Shown: piece by piece, positions 47,101 to 57,206 of the stretch
Position numbering within the stretch: position 1 is the stretch's first letter
Layout of the letters: each line of letters starts with the position of its first letter
Source of the DNA: Bacteroidota bacterium
GTDB lineage: Bacteria > Bacteroidota > Bacteroidia > AKYH767-A > 2013-40CM-41-45
Assembly: GCA_046052345.1 (NCBI GenBank)
Contig: JBJOMN010000054.1
Coordinates: forward strand, 3,663-67,662
DNA length: 64,000 nucleotides
Direction of reading: 5' to 3'
Position numbers and translations under genes: made by a program
Notes under the pieces: model-generated
Database searches by the model: none
Told to the model about the DNA's origin: nothing
The model's input: the letters and a program-made list of their open reading frames with translations, nothing else

Positions 47101-50100
47101 TTAGCCGGCCACTTCTTTCACTTCGAATCCGTTCAGATACACGAGATACCGTTTGATTCCGGTATACCCCATTTTTTCCAAAAGCTCTCCGTACTGTTGC
47201 AGCTGTCGGTGATGTTTTTCATCCTGCTTTCCGGTCTTGAAGTCTATCACAACTGCTTCTGTGTCCCGGATAAGCACACGGTCCGGACGCAGCAGATCTC
47301 CCTCCGGCGTGATGATTTCCTGTTCGCGCCGGACATCCCAGCTTGAATCAAAAAATCCTGAGAGCATCGGATGCGAAGTGACTTCACGGATCAGTGATTT
47401 CAACTCGTCGGCTTGTGCCGAGGTGAGTTCTCCTTCGAAGAAGCAGCGATCCACTTCACGGTCGGTATCTGCCTGTGTGCGTATCCGCGCAAGCACATCG
47501 TGTACCAAGATTCCGTACCGTTTCCCGGAATCGTCTTTTTCCTGCAGCAGGTCCGAGAGTCGTCTCGCCCGGGTGGCGATGCGTATCCTGTCCTGCCATC
47601 GGTTAACAGGATAGGAGGGAAGCTCCGCGGTTTGACCGTCCGGACGACCCGCTGACCTGACGGTGGCCTTTTCTCCGATTGCGATAGCTCCGTCATCACC
47701 CTCTGTATGACCGGACTGCGTCAGGGTGCGGAAAACGAGCCGGGAAGTGGTGTTCAGCGTTCCTTTTCCGGAGTCGGCCGGACCGAACAGATACAATTCT
47801 TCTTCGGCACGGGTGAATGCCACATACAGGAGATTGACATTGTCCACCACGTTGAGAGAGCGTTCTTCCTGCCAGTCCGGATTGAAGACCGTTTCTTCCA
47901 GGGCTTTACCGGAGTAGACGCCGGTGCGTCCGAGCCTGTCGAAAGGCGGGATATCGGTCGATACCCAGATCAGCTCTCCGCTCTTCGGTTCCAGCTTCCA
48001 TTCAACGAAAGGCATGATCACGGCGGGGAACTGCAATCCCTTCGACTTGTGAATGGACATGATCCGGATCGCATCCTCATTCTCCGGTATGACCACCGAG
48101 CTGTTTTTCACTTTTTCATTCTCGTCCCACCAGGATACGAATCCGGCGACTCCGGCGTGATGTCGCGTGTTGTATTCCAGGACGAGATCCTGGAACCTTT
48201 GGATATATGCATCCGGAGGATTGTTCAGCCCGAAGATGCGGACCAGCTGTTCGGAGATCTCGTACACCGGCAGTTTGGCCAGGGTTTCAATTGCGTCGAC
48301 GAATTCGGCGGGAAGCGTCTTGTTGAAGGGTCGGTCGAGTGCTGATTCCTTTCCGAAGAGTTCCCTCGGACCGGTAGAGCCGGCCTTTTTCCTTTTCTTT
48401 TGGTCTTGTCGGAAGACATCGTGCATTGTCAGCGGACCGTGCCCGTTGGTTTCCACGTAAAAGTGCAACATCTGGCTTCTCGCGATGTTGTTCCTTGGGT
48501 CTGCAAGCAGACGGAATGCGTTGATGAGAAAGCGGACTTTGGGCGATCCGCTGATCGCCAGGGAATCCGGGGTGATGATCTTGCCAATGCCGTTTTCGAA
48601 GAGATGCTGTGCAGCTGCGTTCCCTTCCTTATTGGTCCGGACAAGAATGGCGATGTCGCGGTGACGGAATCCGCGAGACAAGAGGTCGTTTACGGTTTCC
48701 AGCATCCGGGTCAGGCTTTTATCCTTCCATGGTCCGGAGACACCGTCCGCATCCGGGTCAGGATGCTCGCTTTCATCGACGGGCTTTTCTCCGGATTTCT
48801 TCTCGTTGGTGAACGAGCGCCACTCGACATACCCGCCGGAGTTGTTTTTCCCGGCAACCTTTTGCTCGAGGTCCGACCCGTAGGCTTCCTTGAGCAGGTC
48901 AAGGTCCTGAAGCGATCCTGTCGATTCCAGCAAGAGCGGGATTTCAGAAAACAGGCGGTTGTTGAACTGTACGATTTCCTTTTTGCTCCGGTAATTCGTG
49001 TCCAATGATTTCGGGAGCAGGAGGTCCTGAAAGGCCTTCAAGTGATCCTTTATTCCGCTGAGGAGCAGTCGGGCTTCACCGCCTCTCCACCGGTAAATCG
49101 ATTGTTTCGCGTCACCTACGATCAGAGTCATGAATCCGCTGCCCAGTGAATTGATCACCAGCGGAAGGAGGTTCTTCCATTGCAGCTCGGAAGTGTCCTG
49201 GAATTCGTCGATGAGCAGATGTTTGTACCGGTTCCCGGTCTTCTCGTACACGAAGGGAGTATCGTCGCCGGTGAGAATACCCTGCAGCAGCTTCGGGGTG
49301 TCTGAAATAAGGATCTGGTTGCGCTCCTTACGGTATTCCGCGAAGATGCCTGTCAGGTCATTGATGATCCCGAACAGGTAAAGGGTTTTCAATAGCTCGA
49401 TAGAGGTGAGGTATTTTCCGTGTTCCAAGTCCATGAGGGACTTTGCTTCCTGAAGTTTCGGGAAAAGCCGGTCCTCGATGAAGGCCATCTTTGGCTTGTC
49501 CTTGAGGTCGGGCTTGCGAACCCAGTTGTCGGGCGCTTCCAATGCTTTCCGGACGTAGGAATTCATCGCGTACCCTTTGCCTGATCTGGAGTCCGTGATG
49601 CGGGCGAGGTATCCTGCCGGACCCTGGTTGCCACGGGTGAAATCGTCTTCGGTGTACCCGGCCTGTTCGATTTCATCGAGGGCGGATTTCCCGATACGTT
49701 TCATCTCCGTCTCGAACGCGTTTCTTTGCGCTTTCAGTTCTTCGATAAAGGCGTTGAGCTCAAGCCGGTCCATGGCCGGTCGGGACCCTCCTTCCTCCAG
49801 CATCTCAGCGGTGATCCACTGTACATCCTTTCGGAGATCCCACCCGCGGTCCTCATCCAGTTTCTTGAGTACGAGTTTCTCCAACCAGCTTGAAAGCTCC
49901 TTGTCTTCACCGGCCTTGTCCAGCAGCCTGTCGGAGACTTCCAGGATTGCGTCTTCCTGGTGGATCTGTACTTCTGCACGGAGCGGAAGCTGTATTTCCC
50001 TTGCCAGCGCCCGCAGGAGCTTCTGGAAGAAACTGTCGATGGTGGAAACTGAAAAATTAGGGTAGTCGTGAAGAATGAGGGTGAGGACGGTTTCTGCGCG

Positions 50101-50355
50101 GTCTGTCAGGGGCCTCCCGGGCAATTCCTCCTCCAGTTGCTGCCGAAGGTCGGACGGTTTTCCCGAGGAGAGTTCTACCAGCGAGCGCACCACTCTTTCC
50201 TTCATCTCCTGAGCGGCCTTGTTGGTGAAGGTGATGGCGAGTATGTGTCGGTATTCCTCCGGCCGGTCGAGCACGATCCTCAGGTACTCCTTTACCAGTG
50301 TAAAGGTCTTGCCGGAGCCGGCGGACGATTTATAGATCTTCAACTGGTTTTCCAT
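47101..50355 (-). CDS. UvrD-family helicase fused to a C-terminal PD-(D/E)xK (RecB-type) nuclease (AddA-like)
   Basis: Start at MENQLKIYKSSAGSGKTFTL (Walker A). The C-terminus carries ..RPDRVLI..VIDFKTG..QLQQY... About 1084 aa from the chosen start; the track ORF starts upstream. Confidence 0.8.
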   Translation of the reverse strand: MENQLKIYKSSAGSGKTFTLVKEYLRIVLDRPEEYRHILAITFTNKAAQEMKERVVRSLVELSSGKPSDLRQQLEEELPGRPLTDRAETVLTLILHDYPNFSVSTIDSFFQKLLRALAREIQLPLRAEVQIHQEDAILEVSDRLLDKAGEDKELSSWLEKLVLKKLDEDRGWDLRKDVQWITAEMLEEGGSRPAMDRLELNAFIEELKAQRNAFETEMKRIGKSALDEIEQAGYTEDDFTRGNQGPAGYLARITDSRSGKGYAMNSYVRKALEAPDNWVRKPDLKDKPKMAFIEDRLFPKLQEAKSLMDLEHGKYLTSIELLKTLYLFGIINDLTGIFAEYRKERNQILISDTPKLLQGILTGDDTPFVYEKTGNRYKHLLIDEFQDTSELQWKNLLPLVINSLGSGFMTLIVGDAKQSIYRWRGGEARLLLSGIKDHLKAFQDLLLPKSLDTNYRSKKEIVQFNNRLFSEIPLLLESTGSLQDLDLLKEAYGSDLEQKVAGKNNSGGYVEWRSFTNEKKSGEKPVDESEHPDPDADGVSGPWKDKSLTRMLETVNDLLSRGFRHRDIAILVRTNKEGNAAAQHLFENGIGKIITPDSLAISGSPKVRFLINAFRLLADPRNNIARSQMLHFYVETNGHGPLTMHDVFRQDQKKRKKAGSTGPRELFGKESALDRPFNKTLPAEFVDAIETLAKLPVYEISEQLVRIFGLNNPPDAYIQRFQDLVLEYNTRHHAGVAGFVSWWDENEKVKNSSVVIPENEDAIRIMSIHKSKGLQFPAVIMPFVEWKLEPKSGELIWVSTDIPPFDRLGRTGVYSGKALEETVFNPDWQEERSLNVVDNVNLLYVAFTRAEEELYLFGPADSGKGTLNTTSRLVFRTLTQSGHTEGDDGAIAIGEKATVRSAGRPDGQTAELPSYPVNRWQDRIRIATRARRLSDLLQEKDDSGKRYGILVHDVLARIRTQADTDREVDRCFFEGELTSAQADELKSLIREVTSHPMLSGFFDSSWDVRREQEIITPEGDLLRPDRVLIRDTEAVVIDFKTGKQDEKHHRQLQQYGELLEKMGYTGIKRYLVYLNGFEVKEVAG

Positions 50356-50434
50356 GTCACGAAAAGTCGCCCGTTGAAGATAAGGAAGATTCCTTGAAGT
50401 CGGGGATGATACGCCGTCGTTATGCTTCGGGGTT

Positions 50435-51265
50435 TCAGCGTTCCAGCCTGGGGAAACCCTGCCACACCGTGCAGTTGCGGAAATGGAGGTGCAGATCGAT
50501 GGCTTTCCTGAAGATGCCATAGACGGAGGATCCGCTGCCGCTCATGGAAGCGTACACGGCCCCTTCGCTGTACAGCCTTTTCTTGATCTTACGGATGGAC
50601 GGGTGCCGGTCCAGAACTGTTTTTTCAAAATCGTTATGGACATGGTCTTTCCATGTTTCCAACGGCTTTCTGATCAGCTCTTTCAAAGACTGCCTGGGCT
50701 GCATGGGTGTCACACCTGCATATGCTTCGGCGGTACTCACATGGATTCTGGGTTTGACGACGACAAAAAAATAATCGTCCAGTTTAAGCCGAATCTCTTC
50801 AAAGACCTCGCCGCGACCGGTGGCGAAAACAGGTTTGTTACGTATGAAAAAAGGGCAATCACTGCCCAGTCTGGCGGCATATTCGCTCAGGACGTCATCG
50901 CTCAGCCGCAACTGGAACAATTGATTCACGGCACGAAGGACGAATGCTGCATCGGATGAACCGCCTCCTAATCCGGCGCCAATCGGCAGCAATTTGTGAA
51001 GATGCATCTTTATGGCTCCAAGCGGATGGTCGGCAGCCAGCAGTTGGTAGGCCCTTACACACAGATTCGTTTCCTTGCCGCCATAGATGCGAATGCCGGT
51101 CGATTTGAACTCCGCGCCTGATTCCTTACCGGGAATGCGGTTGACCTCCAGGATATCCGACCAAGGAAGAGGGTAGAAGACGGTCTGAATATCATGGAAT
51201 CCGTCCGGTCGCTTCCCGATGATATTCAACCCGAGGTTGATCTTGCAATTCGGAAAGGAAACCAT
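50435..51265 (-). CDS. ispE: 4-diphosphocytidyl-2-C-methyl-D-erythritol kinase
   Basis: Start at MVSFPNCKINLGLNI. GHMP kinase motif PIGAGLGGGSSDAA. Confidence 0.85.
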   Translation of the reverse strand: MVSFPNCKINLGLNIIGKRPDGFHDIQTVFYPLPWSDILEVNRIPGKESGAEFKSTGIRIYGGKETNLCVRAYQLLAADHPLGAIKMHLHKLLPIGAGLGGGSSDAAFVLRAVNQLFQLRLSDDVLSEYAARLGSDCPFFIRNKPVFATGRGEVFEEIRLKLDDYFFVVVKPRIHVSTAEAYAGVTPMQPRQSLKELIRKPLETWKDHVHNDFEKTVLDRHPSIRKIKKRLYSEGAVYASMSGSGSSVYGIFRKAIDLHLHFRNCTVWQGFPRLER

Positions 51266-51281
51266 GTCCGGTAACCCTGAA

Positions 51282-52241
51282 TCAGTTGGCTTGTCCGACA
51301 ACGCCCATCGAGCAGAACTTTTCGATACGCTGACGTACCAGTTCCTCCGAGGAGAGCGAGCCAAGGTCGGAAAGCACCCGGACGATTTCGCTTTTGACCC
51401 TTTTGAACATCTCACCGGGGTGCGTATGTGCTCCGCCGACCGGCTCTTTGATGACACCGTCGATGAGTTTGTTCTTGAGCATGTCGTCGGCGGTGAGTTT
51501 AAGCACTTCCGCAGCCTTTTCCTTGAAATCCCAGCTTCGCCAAAGGATGGACGAGCACGATTCAGGAGAAATGACCGAGTACCATGTATTCTCGAGCATG
51601 TAGACGCGGTCGCCGATCCCTATACCCAAGGCTCCGCCGGAAGCACCTTCTCCGATGATGATGCAGATGACAGGGACCTTGAGTCGCGCCATCTCGAAAA
51701 GGTTCCGGGCTATTGCTTCACCTTGACCGCGCTCCTCGGCTTCAAGGCCTGGAAAGGCGCCGGGGGTATCGATCAGGGTGACGACCGGCTTGTTGAATTT
51801 TTCCGCCAGTTTCATCAGACGTAAGGCCTTGCGATAGCCTTCGGGATTGGCCATGCCGAAGTTCCTGTACTGGCGCTGCTTGGTCGTGCTGCCTTTTTGT
51901 TGGCCGATGAACATGACTGTCCGGCCGCTCACAGAACCAAGGCCGCCAACGATCGCTTTGTCGTCTTTCACCGTCCGGTCCCCGAAAAGTTCCAGGAAAT
52001 CGCCATCGGTAATACTTTGTATATAGGCCAGGGAATAGGGACGGTCGGGATGCCGGGACAATTGGACCTTTTGCCAGGGCGTCAGGTGGCTATAGAGGTT
52101 TTTACGGGTCTCTTCCAGTCGGATTTCCAACTGTCGTACAGAAACACTGACATCCACCTGCGTCTTTTCTCCGATCTGACGCTGCTTTTCAATCTGGTCC
52201 AACAAATCTTGAACCGGTTTTTCAAAATCCAGGAAATTCAT
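51282..52241 (-). CDS. accA: acetyl-CoA carboxylase carboxyltransferase subunit alpha
   Basis: Start at [14 protein letters not shown]. ..GGARMQEG-like block (..[12 protein letters not shown]..). Confidence 0.9.
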   Translation of the reverse strand: MNFLDFEKPVQDLLDQIEKQRQIGEKTQVDVSVSVRQLEIRLEETRKNLYSHLTPWQKVQLSRHPDRPYSLAYIQSITDGDFLELFGDRTVKDDKAIVGGLGSVSGRTVMFIGQQKGSTTKQRQYRNFGMANPEGYRKALRLMKLAEKFNKPVVTLIDTPGAFPGLEAEERGQGEAIARNLFEMARLKVPVICIIIGEGASGGALGIGIGDRVYMLENTWYSVISPESCSSILWRSWDFKEKAAEVLKLTADDMLKNKLIDGVIKEPVGGAHTHPGEMFKRVKSEIVRVLSDLGSLSSEELVRQRIEKFCSMGVVGQAN

Positions 52242-52642
52242 ACGGCGAATCGCTTGAGGCCCAAAGTTAGATATAATAAAGTGACGGGAGACGGGTGACG
52301 AGCGACCAATGAAACGGATAAGAGCTGCGAAGGCTGACTTTGAGCAGGACTGAATCCTCGAATCACAAAGTATAAAAAGGTTTAAATAATAAAACATAAA
52401 TAATTGATATACAAATATATGTATACTTTAATACAGGCATTTTTTTAATTTCTGCTCCCACCGATTCTAATTTCCCTGATCACTCGCTCCCGTCACTTTT
52501 CGCTCGCCACCCGACCGAACCTTATCAACATCCGTTTTTCCCCTCCTGCCTTTTGACTACCTTCGGGACCCTTTTAATACCCCCGGACGGATTCTTCAGT
52601 AATCCGGTGGCCGGCCCCGCGAAAAGAGTATATTTGGTTAGC

Positions 52643-54181
52643 ATGGAAACAGGAGAGTATCCAAAAACGGGAAATACGGTGGCACGCCGTAAATCCAATT
52701 CATTATCGGCTGCCTCCGTGCTGCAGTCACAGCAGTTCGGTAAGCTACCGCCTCAGGCATTGGACCTGGAGGAGGCAGTCTTGGGAGCACTGATGCTGGA
52801 AAAGGATGCCCTGACTTCCGTAATTGACATACTTCGTCCGGAAGCATTCTACAAGGATGCACACCAGATGATTTTCCGTTCTATCCGGAGGCTGTTCGAG
52901 CAGTCGCAGCCGGTGGACATTCTCACGGTCACCAACGATCTGAGAAAAGCAGGAGAATTGGAAATTGTCGGCGGACCTTATTACATCACCCAGCTCACGA
53001 ACCGGGTGGCTTCTGCTGCCAATATCGAGTTCCATTCCAGGATCATCCTTCAGAAACACATTCAACGGGAACTGATACGTATCTCCTCGGAGACGATCCG
53101 CGATGCCTATGAGGAGTCCAGCGATGTATTCTCTCTCCTCGACCGAGCCGAAAAGAACCTTTTCGATATCGCCCAAGGTAACATCCGGCGAAACTTCCAG
53201 GACATGCGCGACATGGTCAGTACCGTCACCAAACAAGTGGAGGCGGCCCGCCTTCACGGCAGCGGCGTGACCGGTGTGGAAAGCGGCTTTACTGCTCTCG
53301 ACCGTGTGACTTCCGGTTGGCAGAAATCGGACCTTGTCATTCTCGCTGCGCGTCCGGGTATGGGTAAGACCGCTTTCGTGCTTTCTCTCGCGCGCAATGC
53401 TACCATCGACTTCAGCAAGCCGATCGCCCTTTTTTCACTGGAGATGTCGTCGGACCAGCTGGTCAAGCGGATGGTCGCTTCAGAAACCGGAATCTCCTCC
53501 GAGAAACTCCGCAAGGGTACCCTGGACGATGTCGAATGGCAGAAACTGGTCTCACAGACCGGCAAACTTTCGCAGGCTCCGCTCTACATCGACGATACTC
53601 CCGCGCTTTCCGTATTCGAGTTCCGTTCGCGTTGCCGCCGATTGAAAGCCATGCACGACATCCAGATGGTCATTGTCGATTACCTGCAGCTCATGCGGGC
53701 GGACCTTGACAACCGCAGCGGTAACAGGGAGCAGGAGATCAGTACCATTTCCCGGTCGCTGAAGGCGGTTGCCAAGGAACTGAATGTGCCTATCATCGCC
53801 CTTTCGCAGCTGAGCCGTCAGGTAGAGACGCGCGGAGGCACCAAGCGACCCCAGCTGAGCGACCTTCGCGAATCCGGTGCCATCGAACAGGACGCCGATA
53901 TGGTTCTTTTCATCTATCGTCCTGAATATTACGGCATGGAGTATGACGAGGACAACAACCCTACGCGCGGTGTTGCGGAAGTCATCATCGCCAAACACAG
54001 GAACGGCGCCCTTGACACGGTGAAGCTCAAGTTCATCGATCACCTGGCGAAGTTCACCAACCTCGATTTCTCCGAAACGCCCTTGGAGTCCGGTTCCGGC
54101 GGAAGTGTCACGGACTACGGCAGCAACCGGATCATTGTGAGTTCGCGGATGAACGACATTCCGGACGACAGTCCGTTCTGA
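52643..54181 (+). CDS. dnaB: replicative DNA helicase
   Basis: Start at METGEY... N-terminal LPPQALDLEEAVLGALM and a RecA-like domain (ARPGMGKTAF, ..IIALSQLSR..). No intein. Confidence 0.9.
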   Translation: METGEYPKTGNTVARRKSNSLSAASVLQSQQFGKLPPQALDLEEAVLGALMLEKDALTSVIDILRPEAFYKDAHQMIFRSIRRLFEQSQPVDILTVTNDLRKAGELEIVGGPYYITQLTNRVASAANIEFHSRIILQKHIQRELIRISSETIRDAYEESSDVFSLLDRAEKNLFDIAQGNIRRNFQDMRDMVSTVTKQVEAARLHGSGVTGVESGFTALDRVTSGWQKSDLVILAARPGMGKTAFVLSLARNATIDFSKPIALFSLEMSSDQLVKRMVASETGISSEKLRKGTLDDVEWQKLVSQTGKLSQAPLYIDDTPALSVFEFRSRCRRLKAMHDIQMVIVDYLQLMRADLDNRSGNREQEISTISRSLKAVAKELNVPIIALSQLSRQVETRGGTKRPQLSDLRESGAIEQDADMVLFIYRPEYYGMEYDEDNNPTRGVAEVIIAKHRNGALDTVKLKFIDHLAKFTNLDFSETPLESGSGGSVTDYGSNRIIVSSRMNDIPDDSPF

Positions 54182-54188
54182 TCCCTTT

Positions 54189-55970
54189 TCAGTTTTCCGT
54201 TTTTTCCGCCGATTGTCGTTCTGACATATCGGCATAAGTTCCTTTCGCGGCAAGGAGCTCCGCGTGGCTTCCGCGTTCGGTTATTTTTCCTTGCTCCAGG
54301 ACGAGAACGGTTTCCGCGTTACGCAAAGTGGACACCCTGTGGCTGATCATCAGGGTGGTACGCCCGCTGCCTGATCGTTTCAGGTTGTCGAGGATCCTTT
54401 CTTCAGTGCCGGTATCCACTGCGCTCAGGCAGTCGTCCAGAACAAGTATCCTCGGCTCCCGGATGAGAGCCCGTGCGATTGAAATACGCTGCTTCTGTCC
54501 GCCTGAAAGCGTAATTCCTCTTTCGCCGATCAGGGTCCGAAACCCGCCCGGGAAATTCCGGATGTTGTCAGCTACTGCAGCGGCTTCAGCGGCATTTTCG
54601 ATGCTGCCGTCCTTCATGAGGCGCTCGCTCTCCTTGCCTGATCCGAAAGCGATGTTGTTGGCGATGGAATCGCTGAAGAGGAAAACGTCTTGGGGAACAT
54701 ATCCGATGCTGCCGCGCAGCCGGTCAAGAGGGATACTCTTGATGGGGACGCCGTCCACCAGGATTTCGCCGGAGGTGACATCGTACATCCTCAGGAGAAG
54801 TTGTGCCACGGTCGATTTGCCCGATCCTGTCCTGCCAAGCAGGGCGACCGATCCGCCGGGAGAAACCCGGAAGCTCACATCGTCCAAGGCTTTTATTCCG
54901 GTGTCCGGATAAATGAAAGTGACATTACGGAACTCGATGCCGCCTTTCAGCTCGATTTTCTTATCGCCTCCGCCGGTGATTCCGGTTTCCAGGTGGAGGA
55001 ATTCGTTGATGCGTTGCTGTGATGCGGCTGCACGTTGTATGATGGCGGTGACCCAGCCCAAGGAGGCTACCGGCCACGTCAGCATGTTGACGTAAATGAT
55101 GAACTCGGCGATATTGCCGGTGGTGGCTCTTCCGGCGATGACCTCCTTGCCGCCTACATATACCGTAAGTACGGTACTGACACCGACCAGCAACAACATG
55201 AGCGGGTAGAACATGGCGTTCACCCGGACAAGCCCCATGTTGCGGTCGAGATAGTCCTGACTTTCCCCGGCAAAGCGTGCGGTGAATTCCTCCTCTTTCG
55301 AAAACGCCTTGAGGATACGTATTCCGCTGAACGCTTCCTGCACGAAAGTGCTGAGACGGCTTTGTTGTTCCTGGACCTCTTCGCTTTTCCGGTTCATCAC
55401 GGAGCTGACATAGTAAATGGATACAGAAAGGAAGGGGAGGGGAGCCAGCACGTACAGTGTCAGTACCGGATTCACCCGGAGCATACTGATCGTTACCAGC
55501 ACGAAAAGCACCAGAAGGTTAATGGAATACATGACCGCCGGACCGATATACATCCTTACACGGCTGACATCCTCCGATATCCGGTTCATCAGGTCGCCGG
55601 TGTTGTTCCTCCGGTAGAATGACAGATCCAGCCGTTGGTACTGGTCATAGATCTCGTTTTTAAGGTCGTACTCGATCCTTCGGGACATCACGATGATCGT
55701 CTGACGCATCAGGAACATGAGCAGACCCCGCATCAGTGCCACGCCGATGATCAGGAGGAAAAAGCCAAACACTTTTTCGGAAATGAATTCGAGGGCTTCC
55801 GTGCCGCCTTCCGGCCCTTTCAGGTACCGGATCACTTCGTCCAAGGACTTCCGCACCACCTGGGCGGGGTAGATGGCCCCGAAATTCTGAAGAACCACGA
55901 AGACGATGCCCAAAATGAGAAGTCCGCGGTACTTGGTGAAATACTTGTTTAGGTGGGCTAACGACCTCAT
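54189..55970 (-). CDS. ABC transporter ATP-binding/permease protein (MsbA-like exporter)
   Basis: Six TM segments plus an NBD (GRTGSGKST, LSGGQKQRISIARAL, ILVLDD). Confidence 0.85.
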   Translation of the reverse strand: MRSLAHLNKYFTKYRGLLILGIVFVVLQNFGAIYPAQVVRKSLDEVIRYLKGPEGGTEALEFISEKVFGFFLLIIGVALMRGLLMFLMRQTIIVMSRRIEYDLKNEIYDQYQRLDLSFYRRNNTGDLMNRISEDVSRVRMYIGPAVMYSINLLVLFVLVTISMLRVNPVLTLYVLAPLPFLSVSIYYVSSVMNRKSEEVQEQQSRLSTFVQEAFSGIRILKAFSKEEEFTARFAGESQDYLDRNMGLVRVNAMFYPLMLLLVGVSTVLTVYVGGKEVIAGRATTGNIAEFIIYVNMLTWPVASLGWVTAIIQRAAASQQRINEFLHLETGITGGGDKKIELKGGIEFRNVTFIYPDTGIKALDDVSFRVSPGGSVALLGRTGSGKSTVAQLLLRMYDVTSGEILVDGVPIKSIPLDRLRGSIGYVPQDVFLFSDSIANNIAFGSGKESERLMKDGSIENAAEAAAVADNIRNFPGGFRTLIGERGITLSGGQKQRISIARALIREPRILVLDDCLSAVDTGTEERILDNLKRSGSGRTTLMISHRVSTLRNAETVLVLEQGKITERGSHAELLAAKGTYADMSERQSAEKTEN

Positions 55971-56012
55971 TTTCAGTATTTAGACGGGTTTGGCGGCATC
56001 GAAAAATAAGCC

Positions 56013-56020
56013 TAACTTTG
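56013..56020 (+). promoter_or_regulatory. candidate -7 element (TAACTTTG) upstream of the leucine dehydrogenase gene
   Basis: TAnnTTTG motif 48 nt upstream of the ATG at 56068. Confidence 0.35.
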
Positions 56021-56067
56021 CGCCTCCCGAAAAAGCACTCGGGACAAAGGTAATCAACACCGATCCT

Positions 56068-57168
56068 ATGTTAGAAGTCAAAGTAGTAAAGGAAACCAAA
56101 TCCGGCTTTGAAGGGGTCTTTTCCCACCCTTCCTTCGCCGACCACGAGCAAGTGGTTTTCTGTTACGACAAGGCCACCGGACTGAAGGCGATCATTGCCA
56201 TTCACGATACTACCCTGGGACCCGCTCTGGGCGGTACCCGGATGTGGAACTATACCACCGAAAGCGAAGCCATTAACGATGTGCTGCGTCTTTCCCGCGG
56301 GATGACCTACAAAGCTGCCATCAGCGGCCTGAAGCTGGGTGGCGGAAAAGCCGTCATCATCGGCGACTCCAAAACCCAGAAGACCCCCGAGCTTTTCAAG
56401 CGCTACGGTCAGTTCGTTGAAACCCTCGGCGGACGTTACATCACTGCGGAAGATGTCGGCACGCATACCTCGGACATGGTCAACGTTCGGGAAGCTACGC
56501 GCCACGTTACAGGTCTTCCCGAAAATCTCGGCGGAGGCGGCGACCCGTCTCCTGTGACCGCCTACGGCGTCTTCATGGGAATGAAAGCGACTGCCCTCGA
56601 ATACTGGGGCAACGACAGCGTCAAAGGGAAGAAGGTCGTAGTGCAAGGAGTCGGCCATGTGGGACAGAATCTCGTACGACTTCTCGCTGAAGAGGGCGCT
56701 ATCGTTTATGTCGCTGACATCCATCAGGAGCACCTTGAAGCAGTGGAAAAGAACTTCGGAGCCATTCGTGTAGCTCCCGATACGGTCTATGACCTTGATG
56801 TGGACATTTATGCTCCCTGTGCCCTTGGAGCGACACTCAATACCGACAACATCAACCGGCTGCGTTGTTCCATCATTGCAGGTGCGGCCAACAACCAGTT
56901 GGCGGATGAAATGGTGCATGGCCAGCAACTGAAGGACAAAGGCATCCTCCTGGCTCCCGATTTCCTGATCAATGCTGGTGGACTCATCAATGTGTATTCC
57001 GAGTTGCAGGGATATGACCGCGAGAAAGCATTGGGTCAGGCAAAGAAAATCTACGATACCACCCTGGAGATCCTTCGTAAGGCGAAAGCGGAAGACATCA
57101 CTTCCGTCGCCGCCGCCAAGATGATCGCCGAGGAGCGTATCCGCGCCGCCCGTCAGCTCGCCCGCTGA
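56068..57168 (+). CDS. Leu/Phe/Val (leucine-type) amino-acid dehydrogenase
   Basis: ..GGTRMWNY.., KAAISGLKLGGGKAVIIGD.., Rossmann motif GVGHVGQNL. Start is moved to MLEVKVVKE; the track ORF begins at an upstream TTG. Confidence 0.85.
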   Translation: MLEVKVVKETKSGFEGVFSHPSFADHEQVVFCYDKATGLKAIIAIHDTTLGPALGGTRMWNYTTESEAINDVLRLSRGMTYKAAISGLKLGGGKAVIIGDSKTQKTPELFKRYGQFVETLGGRYITAEDVGTHTSDMVNVREATRHVTGLPENLGGGGDPSPVTAYGVFMGMKATALEYWGNDSVKGKKVVVQGVGHVGQNLVRLLAEEGAIVYVADIHQEHLEAVEKNFGAIRVAPDTVYDLDVDIYAPCALGATLNTDNINRLRCSIIAGAANNQLADEMVHGQQLKDKGILLAPDFLINAGGLINVYSELQGYDREKALGQAKKIYDTTLEILRKAKAEDITSVAAAKMIAEERIRAARQLAR

Positions 57169-57206
57169 AATATTCCTTACTACCCGTTCTTCCAACATAC
57201 TCAACC

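Noticed and set aside
52190-52400. My base-by-base position count differs by 1 nt from the ORF-track frame in this interval (accA N-terminus and ORF 51897..52298), although both translate identically
   Set aside because: Most likely a transcription or counting slip on my side. Coordinates for accA follow the ORF track frame. No biological frameshift is claimed.
54179-54191. Convergent dnaB and ABC-transporter stop codons only 7 nt apart with no terminator hairpin
   Set aside because: Tight convergent gene ends are common in compact genomes. Nothing further to support a feature.
56071-57204. 377-aa ORF on the minus strand
   Set aside because: It is antisense to the leucine dehydrogenase gene (clear Glu/Leu/Phe/Val dehydrogenase motifs on the plus strand), so it is a shadow ORF.
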